Source: a virus. Taken from it: a stretch of 64,000 nucleotides of DNA. Where the stretch lies: positions 48,768 through 112,767 of the IMG/VR virus record IMGVR_UViG_2716884425_000003; one strand, given 5' to 3'. Each line of letters begins with the position of its first letter. Within the stretch, counting starts at the first letter, position 1. This document shows, piece by piece, positions 10,975-19,502 of the stretch. The position numbers and the translations under genes were made by a program. Under the pieces are notes generated by a model that worked only from the letters and a program-made list of their open reading frames with translations, was not told where the DNA came from and did no database searches.

Positions 10975-11910
10975 TTACCAAAGTATAATATGACGAACTT
11001 CTATGTCGCCTGCGGGTATTTGGCCCGCGTTAAAAGTTAAAATAGTATTATTAACAGAATATCTGTCAGGATAAATTAGTGTCTTATCTACTTTGTCCCA
11101 CAGGAACAACCACTCCTTACCTCTACATGAAGAATTTAAAACAAAACTAGCTATAGTTCCGTCTCCATCTAAAGTCTGATATTCTGAGCGCGGCGTTGCG
11201 ACATGAACAAAACCTGAAGCTGGATTAATTACTAAATGGCCAGAAGTTAAAGACGTGGAAGAGACCGTTGTTCCGATTCTTAAACTTCCGCTAACATCGA
11301 GTTCTGCTAATGGGTCAGAATTTTTTATTCCAACAAAATCTTGCGATCCATGATATACGCTTCCCGACATCGGGGCGCCGTCTAAAGCTCTATAATAATA
11401 ATTCTCTGTAACCACTCCAAAGCCCCCAACGGGACCAGTAGCCCCTACGGGTCCAGTGGCTCCTTGTGAACCAGCTATTGAAACTTTCCAATCTGTGTGA
11501 GTATCAGTGCCATCATAATACTCAGGGTCGATTCTCATTGTCGTATCTTGATAATAAGATATAGTCCCATTAAAATAATCTTCTATATTTCCTGTAGCGC
11601 AAGCTTTAACATACGAGCCAACATTCAACGCCATTCCCGAAGGAACAGTAAGAGTAAGTTCTTGCCCAGCTTGAACCTGAGTCAAATCAATCGAGCCCGT
11701 GCCCAAGCCAGTTAGAACAGTTGTAGGTCCAGTTGCTCCAGCAATGCCAGATGGACCAGAAGGTCCCATAGGGCCCGTGGCTCCAGTCGGTCCTCCGGCT
11801 GGACCGGTTGGACCCATCAAACCTGAAGCTCCGCTAGGCCCAGCGACACCAGAGGGTCCGGACGGTCCGGTAGCTCCAAGTATGTTGCCTATGTATAAAT
11901 TTGTACCCAT
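10975..11910 (-). CDS. Collagen-like fibre protein
   Basis: MGTNLYIGNILGATGPSGP N-terminus and GATGP blocks; paralog of 7527-8396 and 8396-9280. Confidence 0.8.
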   Translation of the reverse strand: MGTNLYIGNILGATGPSGPSGVAGPSGASGLMGPTGPAGGPTGATGPMGPSGPSGIAGATGPTTVLTGLGTGSIDLTQVQAGQELTLTVPSGMALNVGSYVKACATGNIEDYFNGTISYYQDTTMRIDPEYYDGTDTHTDWKVSIAGSQGATGPVGATGPVGGFGVVTENYYYRALDGAPMSGSVYHGSQDFVGIKNSDPLAELDVSGSLRIGTTVSSTSLTSGHLVINPASGFVHVATPRSEYQTLDGDGTIASFVLNSSCRGKEWLFLWDKVDKTLIYPDRYSVNNTILTFNAGQIPAGDIEVRHIILW

Positions 11911-12228
11911 TTACTTTTTGGTTGTAAAGCCTTTGTGATCTTTTAAGTCTTCTTCGTTTTTAGATGGCGCAATTTTATTGATTATATTGTGGTACCAACT
12001 TTCCTCCGTCTTCTTTGCGGCTTCTTTTTTAAAGTCTGCTATTTTAGTATGTAGTTTTTTTCTAGACACTGGTGAATTAAAGTTATCTGGAGCTATTTCG
12101 TTTTCCACGATAAACTCAGCAGTTTCTGTAGCTCTCTCAATTATCATAGCTGTAACTTCAGCCATTGTAATATTATTTACTATAAAGTTAGCTATTTGTT
12201 CAACCTTCTTTTTGTCTAACTTTTTCAT
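11911..12228 (-). CDS. Hypothetical protein
   Basis: ORF track 11911-12246; more likely start MKKLDKK at 12228, just downstream of a TGGTATATT extended -10-like box. Confidence 0.6.
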   Translation of the reverse strand: MKKLDKKKVEQIANFIVNNITMAEVTAMIIERATETAEFIVENEIAPDNFNSPVSRKKLHTKIADFKKEAAKKTEESWYHNIINKIAPSKNEEDLKDHKGFTTKK

Positions 12229-12280
12229 TTGTCTATAATATACCATTTATTATAAATTTAAATGGAAAGAAAATATAAAT

Positions 12281-12304
12281 AAAAAACCCCGCCCGAAGGC
12301 GGGG
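12281..12304 (-). terminator. Rho-independent terminator
   Basis: CCCCGCC-TTCG-GGCGGGG hairpin followed by a U-run on the minus strand. Confidence 0.85.
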
Positions 12305-12331
12305 ATTTGGAGTCTGGTTTAGCCCTAAGTA

Positions 12332-14083
12332 TTAAGCTACTGTTGCGTGTATATTCAAGAAATATCCAGAGTTTGGTGTATTTGAGGTAAATCCAACGTC
12401 TACTCCACTCGTTGAAATACCCGTCACCATGGCTCCCAAGAAATCCGGATCGGATACGCCATACTTACCAGTGTGCTGCACGGAAACAACGACGCTAGGC
12501 GTGGATGCAAAAGTATGACCAAATAGTACGCCAGTTCCTCCAATGTTGTTATCTAACTCTAATGAGTATGAGCGAGAGAACTCTTTAGTTTCTACGCGGT
12601 GTAAACTACCATTTATTCCCGCTACCCATTGATTATCGCCGTCATCATCAAACAAGATGCTAGCATTGGTTTGTGTACCACGCTCAATCTCAATACCCGC
12701 GTCTGGCGGAGCATCTCCAGCGTACTCAGAGTTAAGAACGATAACGGTGTCACCAATCTGTACTTCGTTACTTTGCGTTATTGTGGTATCGCCTCTAATT
12801 TCAAGGTTACCATTAATCGTTAACCCAGAGCTTAAAATAACATCATTGCTGAACGTGTAGTTGCCAGCGAGAGTTTGTGTAGCACTCGAAAGAGTTCTAA
12901 CTACAGTATTGTCAACCTGTAGTTGATTTGAAGAAAATTCAAGACCGGGCCCTCCAGCGGGAGAAGCCAGATCGACGTTAATAACATTTCCGTCTGCAGC
13001 AAGACCGCTGCCATAAGTTAATCCCAATTTATCGGCGCCAATACTACCAGCGAGTTTACCTTCGGTAATTGTACCGTTGGCAATCATCGAGTTAACGACG
13101 CCTGTCTCAGCAATATTTACATTATCGCCTGCGACGGTAATTCCAGAGCCGCCATTAACAAACAGCGCGGCTCCCCCACCACCACCAAGACCCGCTCCAG
13201 CGGCACTAGTAGCAATTTGTGTGGCAGTAATTCCGCCGTCGGCAACGTGTAAACCATTGTTAGTGACACTAAGTGTAGAACCGTCTAGTTTAATGGCGTC
13301 ACCATAAACTTTATCAGTAGTCGAAAGAGTTGAAAGCTTGCTATCATCAATACTTCCCGCAAGCATATCATTAGTAACTCCACCAACGCTTATGTTAACG
13401 TTAGTAGCGTCTACCGTAATACCAGAGCCCGCGCCGACATCTAAAGCAAATCCATTACCACCAGCAAGACCAGCACCAGCGACGTTAGCGTGAAGTTGTG
13501 TAATGTTAACACCTTGAGCGGCGATTTTCAAACCACCAGCAGCACCCGTTGTCAAAGAGGAGTCGGCGCGAGTAACTGCATTACCTTGAATCTTGTTATC
13601 CTCAGTAATAGTATTTAATTGATCGTTACCAACCGCATCGATGGCAATCATGCTGCTAACGACACCCAAAGGACCAATATTAACTTCATCACTAGCGACC
13701 GTAATACCGGAACCGCCCACTACAGCGAGAGCACTACCATTACCACCGGTCAAACCTGCACCGGCGACACTCGTAGTAATTTTATTGAAATTTATAGAAT
13801 TGTCTTTAACGATGAGTTGCGGATGAGTCTCACTGTTAAATCCAATAGTTGTATCGTCAACCTGCAGGTTGATCGTACGATTGGTCGACAGATCACGAGT
13901 GGCAAAATTCGTGGCACCGTCTAAAAATCTAATACCATCACCAAACGTGATAGTTCTCGTAAGAGGAACGGCGGTTGAACCTGCGGCCAGCTTTACGCCG
14001 TCATAAAAGAGCTCGCCTCCTGAGTTACCCGTAAGTAACTTATTATTAAGTCTTAGTTGTTCTACATTAAATACTTTAGCCAT
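12332..14083 (-). CDS. Gly-rich repeat tail/fibre protein with C-terminal H-type-lectin-like domain
   Basis: Three ~95-aa repeats beginning AGAGLxGGxGxALxV; DAGIEIERG fibre motif; C-terminal FGHTFASTPSVVVSVQ. Confidence 0.7.
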   Translation of the reverse strand: MAKVFNVEQLRLNNKLLTGNSGGELFYDGVKLAAGSTAVPLTRTITFGDGIRFLDGATNFATRDLSTNRTINLQVDDTTIGFNSETHPQLIVKDNSINFNKITTSVAGAGLTGGNGSALAVVGGSGITVASDEVNIGPLGVVSSMIAIDAVGNDQLNTITEDNKIQGNAVTRADSSLTTGAAGGLKIAAQGVNITQLHANVAGAGLAGGNGFALDVGAGSGITVDATNVNISVGGVTNDMLAGSIDDSKLSTLSTTDKVYGDAIKLDGSTLSVTNNGLHVADGGITATQIATSAAGAGLGGGGGAALFVNGGSGITVAGDNVNIAETGVVNSMIANGTITEGKLAGSIGADKLGLTYGSGLAADGNVINVDLASPAGGPGLEFSSNQLQVDNTVVRTLSSATQTLAGNYTFSNDVILSSGLTINGNLEIRGDTTITQSNEVQIGDTVIVLNSEYAGDAPPDAGIEIERGTQTNASILFDDDGDNQWVAGINGSLHRVETKEFSRSYSLELDNNIGGTGVLFGHTFASTPSVVVSVQHTGKYGVSDPDFLGAMVTGISTSGVDVGFTSNTPNSGYFLNIHATVA

Positions 14084-14135
14084 AGTCTATAAACTCCTAG
14101 TTATTAATACACATAAATAAGCGTATTTGAATAAA

Positions 14136-15230
14136 TTAAAGTGTGGGATTTTTTGGGGAAATGTGACAATTTAGCACAAATCCATTTCCACTTACATTTT
14201 CACTAAAAAGAGCTCTACAGCTACTTCTAGTAATATTATCAACTGTTGTGAAATACGTATTATCATTACTCTCTGGGGATGAAAGCGCGCATATAACAAC
14301 TGGGTCGTAATCTAAGGTTTTACCATAACTCACAGTAGCAGATTCAGAACCGTTTGTTACAGCTTGCTCTATATAGGCCCCAGCGTTTTGCATTGTCTCA
14401 TATTTTACGCCAGTTAGTGCTGCGCCGTCTCCAGCAAAAACTCCAGAGTTTTCAGTTTTAATTTCTGCCAGAGTAGTTGTTACGCCTTGATCGTTTGTTA
14501 CCTGAAAACTAAAGCCGGTATTTGAAGCTGTAATTTTTGCTTCTTTGTCGACAAATACGATACTGTTGCCCTGTAAGTATAAATCTTTAAACGGTAAACT
14601 AGGCGATCCTAAATCGTACTGACCGCTTTGTAAGGGTAAAATATTACCGCTTATCAGCATATTTCCATCGAGTCTTAAATTTCCATTTGAGATGTGAACT
14701 CTTTCTTGAGGATTATTCTCTCCTATTCCAAAGTAATACTCATTAGATCCCACATCTTGAGACATAAGAATTTTTTTGTTTTGAGTATCTATTTTTAGTA
14801 AATTTTTATCATTAGCGTCTCTCAACAGAAAAGCGTTTTCTTCTGTTTCCATACCAGAAAAAACAAAAGAGCCAGAGCTTTTAATTAAATTTTTTCCGCT
14901 TATTTCTAGGTTCTCAGTACTAGGGTAATAGAAGAACCCTCTTATTCCAGAAAGCTCACCATCATTATTAAAAAATATTGAATTATCCGGTGTGCCGAGT
15001 GGAGACTGAAATCCTGTTACGTTTCCTGCAACGCCCTGTACGCCTAAAAATCCTATGTTGGCTACAGATGCACCGGCGGTAGTATTTATACTTGACGTAG
15101 ACGAAGCGCCCTGTACCGTAACGGTACTAGACTGCGGGCTAACATTGATAGTATTAACAGTCTGCGGAGTAACTACCTGCGTGCTAGAACCGCCGGAAAC
15201 ATATACATTAATCTGTTCTGGATCTGCCAT
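14136..15230 (-). CDS. Fibre/virion protein with C-terminal H-type-lectin-like domain
   Basis: GIGENNPQERVHISNG and YDLGSPSLPFKDLYL fibre motifs; C-terminal VSYGKTLDYDPVVICAL. Confidence 0.6.
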   Translation of the reverse strand: MADPEQINVYVSGGSSTQVVTPQTVNTINVSPQSSTVTVQGASSTSSINTTAGASVANIGFLGVQGVAGNVTGFQSPLGTPDNSIFFNNDGELSGIRGFFYYPSTENLEISGKNLIKSSGSFVFSGMETEENAFLLRDANDKNLLKIDTQNKKILMSQDVGSNEYYFGIGENNPQERVHISNGNLRLDGNMLISGNILPLQSGQYDLGSPSLPFKDLYLQGNSIVFVDKEAKITASNTGFSFQVTNDQGVTTTLAEIKTENSGVFAGDGAALTGVKYETMQNAGAYIEQAVTNGSESATVSYGKTLDYDPVVICALSSPESNDNTYFTTVDNITRSSCRALFSENVSGNGFVLNCHISPKNPTL

Positions 15231-15238
15231 TCACTTTA

Positions 15239-15595
15239 TTAGATATTTGTTACTTCTGGATATATTTTGACTCGTCCGTCCAAAAGCTTTTTAACCTCAG
15301 TTTCAGCAGGATTATACATTTCTACATCATATACACCAATAGTTATTGGAAGCGAGGCGGTGTTTGCCGCGGTTATAGATACATCAATTACTCCGCTAGC
15401 GGCAGTATACGGGTCTGTATTTACAGTAGCATTCAGGCTAACTAAAGATACGCCTGTACCGTAATTATATTTTATTACTCCCCTTACGGAGTAACTTGTT
15501 AAGTCAATAGCCGTACCGTTTGCGTCTTTTGCAAAAAGCTGTGCAGAAAAGGTAGATCCTTGAACAATATCTAGATTGTGATTAACGAGTGCCAT
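15239..15595 (-). CDS. Small virion structural protein (BppU-N-like Ig fold)
   Basis: IVQGSTF...IDLTSYSVRGVIK...GVYDVEM...KLLDGRVKIYPEVT pattern. Confidence 0.6.
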   Translation of the reverse strand: MALVNHNLDIVQGSTFSAQLFAKDANGTAIDLTSYSVRGVIKYNYGTGVSLVSLNATVNTDPYTAASGVIDVSITAANTASLPITIGVYDVEMYNPAETEVKKLLDGRVKIYPEVTNI

Positions 15596-15632
15596 AATAC
15601 CATATAGATATTACACTCGTTAGGCAGAAAAA

Positions 15633-16019
15633 TTACCTGCCTTCTTCTAGAATTTTTCTAATTTTGTCCGGAACATCTAAAGGATTTTGAGGTTCTCCGG
15701 CTGAAGAGGGCCTTTTATAAGAAGATACATGCACTTTAAACTCTCTGATAAGTCGAGCGGTTAATTGCTGCATATTATCAATCGGTAAAAGACCGACTCT
15801 CACCGCTTCGTTTTTTAAATCAGATTTGGACATATTGCCTAAAACTTGTTCGTACACGTTGATGTCCATAGTTTTATATAAGGACGTACCATCATCGCCC
15901 CACACTTGATCTAGTGTAGACGGCTGAGTTTCTGAGGTTTCATCAATGGCCATGCCGTCTGTTTCAGACATATCCTTTAATGTAACTTTTTTCTTACTGC
16001 TACTTTTTTTTCTAGGCAT
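15633..16019 (-). CDS. Hypothetical protein
   Basis: ORF track 15633-16043; probable start MPRKKSS at 16019. Confidence 0.65.
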   Translation of the reverse strand: MPRKKSSSKKKVTLKDMSETDGMAIDETSETQPSTLDQVWGDDGTSLYKTMDINVYEQVLGNMSKSDLKNEAVRVGLLPIDNMQQLTARLIREFKVHVSSYKRPSSAGEPQNPLDVPDKIRKILEEGR

Positions 16020-16055
16020 AATTATTAGACTCAGCCGACACACAATTTAGTTTAC

Positions 16056-16330
16056 TTGGCAATGCGGTGCATACCACACTGTTAGTACGCTGCACTAATC
16101 ATGTTGTCCAATGTTGTTATCGCCGCTTTTTTAATTACGACTTCTACATGTCGCCATGCAGTTCGGACTATATCTTCGCTTTTTACAGCGTTGGGCGCTC
16201 GTGGAGGGGTTATTGTTGGGACTCACCCTCTAGTCTCTACACCTTCCGGAAGCACTAAGCCCACTTCCGACTTGGCTCGGTATTGTCTTCTGGAGATGTC
16301 TACCGAATTCACCCAATAAGGCCAATTTAT
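16056..16330 (-). ncRNA. Group I intron-type ribozyme, intergenic, apparently circularly permuted (P1 downstream of core)
   Basis: Minus strand: P3 UUGGGUG(16316-10)/CGCCCAA(16197-91); P4 UUCGGU/ACCGAG; R GUAGAGACUAG (16240-30); P8 CGCU-GUAAAA-AGCG; S AAGAUAUAGUCC (16176-65); P9 UGCAUG-GCGA-CAUGUA; candidate omega-G 16109; P1-like hairpin with U.G at 16081-16060. Confidence 0.88.
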
Positions 16331-16336
16331 TTATAT

Positions 16337-16365
16337 ATTATATACTATATTTTGGTGTTAGTCAA
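16337..16365 (-). promoter_or_regulatory. Consensus sigma70 promoter driving the group I RNA
   Basis: TTGACT-17 nt-TATAAT on the minus strand. Confidence 0.85.
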
Positions 16366-16372
16366 ATTATTA

Positions 16373-17812
16373 TTATAAATACCCTTCAAAGGTCTCTGAT
16401 GAATCACAATTAGTTTTTAGGCTTAATAACCCACCAGCGCCGCTTAAATCAGGACTGTAATAATATAAGTTGATATCACCAGTTTGATTATTGTTAATTA
16501 CGATAGACTCTCCGGGAATAGCGCCTGTATTAGTTGCGGTTGGCGCATCAATGATATTAATTTTACCACCCATGTAAGCATGATTATTACATACATAATA
16601 CAAAGTATCAGGAGCCCTACCCGGAACGGTAAAGGCGATATAGTTAGTTCCAACAGCCACTCCACTTTCGTAAAGATTTCCTGAATCTCCACCGCCGGAA
16701 GGATCGGTAGCAATTCTTAAAGGATGTCCATCATTACTAGTTCCAGTCTGATAGAAATAGTAAGTAGAGTCTCTTCTCAAAGAAATTTCTGCTCCTTCAT
16801 CATATCCAAATCCACTAACGTTTATGCCGGTAGCAGAACCAGAAATACCGCTTAAGCCATATCCGTTCGGAGAGCCACTGTACATATATGGGTGTCCATC
16901 GTCTCCCGGGCTAGAAACCGCAGTCTTTGTTTGCACAGACACGTCATAATATGCAGTCTCTGGAGATACAACATAAGAAACACCACTGGTATAATCTGAG
17001 AAACCATTATGAGATCCATCCACTCCAGTACTTAGCCTAAATCTATAACCACTAAACGTAGCGCCTGCGCCCGTGGGCCAGTCTGTTGTAACTTGGTTTC
17101 CACTTTTTAAATTAATTAAATATCTTCCCGAGGTACTAAGTCTAATAGGAAATTGATCAAAACCATCAATCATAAAGTTGTTAGGCGATCGGGCATCTAA
17201 ACTTACATCAATAGTCTCATCATGACAAGAGTAATCAATTGGCTGAGAATAATACTCACCAGTCCTTGTTGCGTAATATACGTCATATTCACTAGCCTCC
17301 GGTAAAGCTTCAACAGTTCCAGATACATGCTTGTATGTAACGATTTCATTTACTGTAAACTCGATATAAGGATGAGGCTGTTGCTTTGTTCCATTGGGAT
17401 TAAGACCGGGCTGCTTTACGTCACTCGAATGATCGTCCCAATACTTTTTATAAAATGATTGAAAAGCTTCGTTTTCTGTTACGTCATAACGATATTTTTT
17501 GATGCTAGCTTGATCATTCTCTACGTATCCATAAGGATAGCTTTTTTTAATTTCTTCGTAAATTGCATCGGCTTGAGCTTTGGTTAAGGTGCTATCGTCT
17601 TTGTATTTCCAAAATCTATTTCCGTATCTATCGAAAGAGTTATTTACGCCACCTGCCCTAGTGAAAGCAACTTTGTCTATAGCCAATAACTGAACAGGCT
17701 TTAAATAAAATCTGGGAGTACTATCAGTGGTTCTATTAAAGGAGTCTTTATTAAAATAAAGATGAACCTTAATACTAAAGCTTCTATTAATTTTATTAGT
17801 CTTAAAACTCAT
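16373..17812 (-). CDS. Virion protein with cupredoxin-like C-terminal domain
   Basis: TYYFYQ...GHPLRI...FTVPGRAPDTLYYVCNNHAYMGGKINI motif (His...Cys-x2-His-x2-Met). Confidence 0.6.
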   Translation of the reverse strand: MSFKTNKINRSFSIKVHLYFNKDSFNRTTDSTPRFYLKPVQLLAIDKVAFTRAGGVNNSFDRYGNRFWKYKDDSTLTKAQADAIYEEIKKSYPYGYVENDQASIKKYRYDVTENEAFQSFYKKYWDDHSSDVKQPGLNPNGTKQQPHPYIEFTVNEIVTYKHVSGTVEALPEASEYDVYYATRTGEYYSQPIDYSCHDETIDVSLDARSPNNFMIDGFDQFPIRLSTSGRYLINLKSGNQVTTDWPTGAGATFSGYRFRLSTGVDGSHNGFSDYTSGVSYVVSPETAYYDVSVQTKTAVSSPGDDGHPYMYSGSPNGYGLSGISGSATGINVSGFGYDEGAEISLRRDSTYYFYQTGTSNDGHPLRIATDPSGGGDSGNLYESGVAVGTNYIAFTVPGRAPDTLYYVCNNHAYMGGKINIIDAPTATNTGAIPGESIVINNNQTGDINLYYYSPDLSGAGGLLSLKTNCDSSETFEGYL

Positions 17813-17823
17813 ATTACATATCC

Positions 17824-19407
17824 TTAATAACTGCTGCCTCCGCCGCCGGAACTGCCACCAGAGCTACCTCCAGAACTTACTGAAGAGCCCGTGCCGCCCT
17901 TGTTACCGCTGACGCTTATTCTCTCAAGGTAGGCCTGCTCATTATTATATAAAGCTGTCATTTTAGTTCCTCCATATTCAGATGTAGTTCCATCATAAAA
18001 CGCTGGACTGCCCAATGGATTCGCTTCTAGGCCTTGAACTTTGGCTATGGTTTCATTTCTAACTAATGAAAGTCCGTCGTAAGCATTTTGAGCCACCTTT
18101 TTCAGCATAGACTCGTATCTTTCTATTCTTTTAGTTTTATTCTTAATGCCCGCATTTATTAAAGCTTTTCTGACTTTGCTATTAAACTTTTTGGTTGCTT
18201 GTTTTATAGCTTTTCTTACGGACTGTTGGTAATCTAAGTCTGAAGCTGTACCTTCACAAGTATAACTAACATCTAAAGTGGGGTCGCTTGCTCCAGTCGG
18301 TTTGATTGTGATTTCTCCATTGAAGCCTATGTATCTAGGATTAGTAGACCAACTTTCTATTCTGACCCAAGCCCCCGACGGGACAACTCCATTCCACCCT
18401 GAATAATTTGTTGAGTTTTGGTATTCGTTGTAAATGTAATAAAAATCCTGCAGGTGAGGATGGCCCACTATTTGATCACTAGATGTATCATAGTAGTCCG
18501 TGCCGAATTGTTCATAAGTAGTTCCACTGCTTATGGTTTGCCCCTTATTGATTCTATAGTTACTGGAAGACAAAGCGTAGCATTGACCCGCATTACTAAC
18601 ATAATAATTTCTTTCTAAAGTCAGCGCTCCACTTAGATATTCAGCTAAGTCCCCAGAGGTTCCTGAGTATAATCTTTTCTGCGCATACTCTTCACCAGTT
18701 AAAGTGTAAATCGAGTCACCCGTATACGTAACTGTTTGATGTGGAGAAATCCAAACCACATTAGCCCCAGAAGCTGTTTGGGATACATAAGTGTTTCCGG
18801 ATTGAGAATGGTTGGTATTTACATTTGTTCCTGTTCTAATAACAAGTAAATCATTTATAAAATCTATATCCTTAGTGATATGCAAGCTACAATCATAATT
18901 GTATGGGCCTAAGGTCGTGCTATCTATAAAGATCTGATTCCACCTTGAACCATTTCTATTTTCTGTAAAAATGTATTGATTTTTATTTTTTAGTACGTCA
19001 TCTATTTTCTTCTTTAACGGCTTAGGACTAGTTTTGTATCTGTCCATATTTTTAATTGCAAATCTTTTAACCTCACTACGAAAGACTGCAAATGCGTTTT
19101 TAATTTCTGACTTATACTGCACAGTTGTGCTGTAAACTTTATCTATATCTCTAGGTACATACCTAACCTCAGTGTTAGCGTCTAATTCTTTAGAAAAATA
19201 ATATTTATCGTTTTTAGTATCGATCTCGTACCCAAATCCATCAGACCCCTTTTCTATGATATTTTCCACATAGAGACTACCTGAGGGGCTAATTTTCGGG
19301 TTTAAGTGATCCTTATCTTTTGACGCTATATTTACAAGATTAAGCGTGCCCTCTGGGTACTCAGAAGTAGTCTTACTCGAGGAGTTATATCTGTTTTCGC
19401 TAGACAT
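17824..19407 (-). CDS. Hypothetical virion protein with Gly/Ser-rich C-terminus
   Basis: 527-aa ORF directly downstream of the capsid operon. Confidence 0.7.
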   Translation of the reverse strand: MSSENRYNSSSKTTSEYPEGTLNLVNIASKDKDHLNPKISPSGSLYVENIIEKGSDGFGYEIDTKNDKYYFSKELDANTEVRYVPRDIDKVYSTTVQYKSEIKNAFAVFRSEVKRFAIKNMDRYKTSPKPLKKKIDDVLKNKNQYIFTENRNGSRWNQIFIDSTTLGPYNYDCSLHITKDIDFINDLLVIRTGTNVNTNHSQSGNTYVSQTASGANVVWISPHQTVTYTGDSIYTLTGEEYAQKRLYSGTSGDLAEYLSGALTLERNYYVSNAGQCYALSSSNYRINKGQTISSGTTYEQFGTDYYDTSSDQIVGHPHLQDFYYIYNEYQNSTNYSGWNGVVPSGAWVRIESWSTNPRYIGFNGEITIKPTGASDPTLDVSYTCEGTASDLDYQQSVRKAIKQATKKFNSKVRKALINAGIKNKTKRIERYESMLKKVAQNAYDGLSLVRNETIAKVQGLEANPLGSPAFYDGTTSEYGGTKMTALYNNEQAYLERISVSGNKGGTGSSVSSGGSSGGSSGGGGSSY

Positions 19408-19449
19408 AATATTTCTATTGATATTATATCACAATAGGCACATAAAAAC

Positions 19450-19480
19450 AAAAAAAACTCGGGGAGTTTCCCCCCCGAGT
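19450..19480 (-). terminator. Terminator downstream of major capsid gene
   Basis: CTCGGGG/CCCCGAG inverted repeat followed by a U-run on the minus strand. Confidence 0.75.
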
Positions 19481-19502
19481 TGATTTTAGGCTAAAAGCCA
19501 GA

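Noticed and set aside
7773-14000. Numerous 60-140 aa plus-strand ORFs over collagen and Gly-rich genes
   Set aside because: Antisense artefacts of repetitive GGN/CCN codon structure.
16067-16319. Plus-strand ORFs 16067-16258 and 16101-16319
   Set aside because: They are antisense to the ribozyme core, with no recognisable protein features.
16056-16330. Conventional cis-splicing intron interrupting a gene or tRNA
   Set aside because: Both flanking genes are complete (triple stop upstream), a promoter sits immediately 5' of the core, and no P1 can be formed from the upstream sequence; no tRNA halves are seen.
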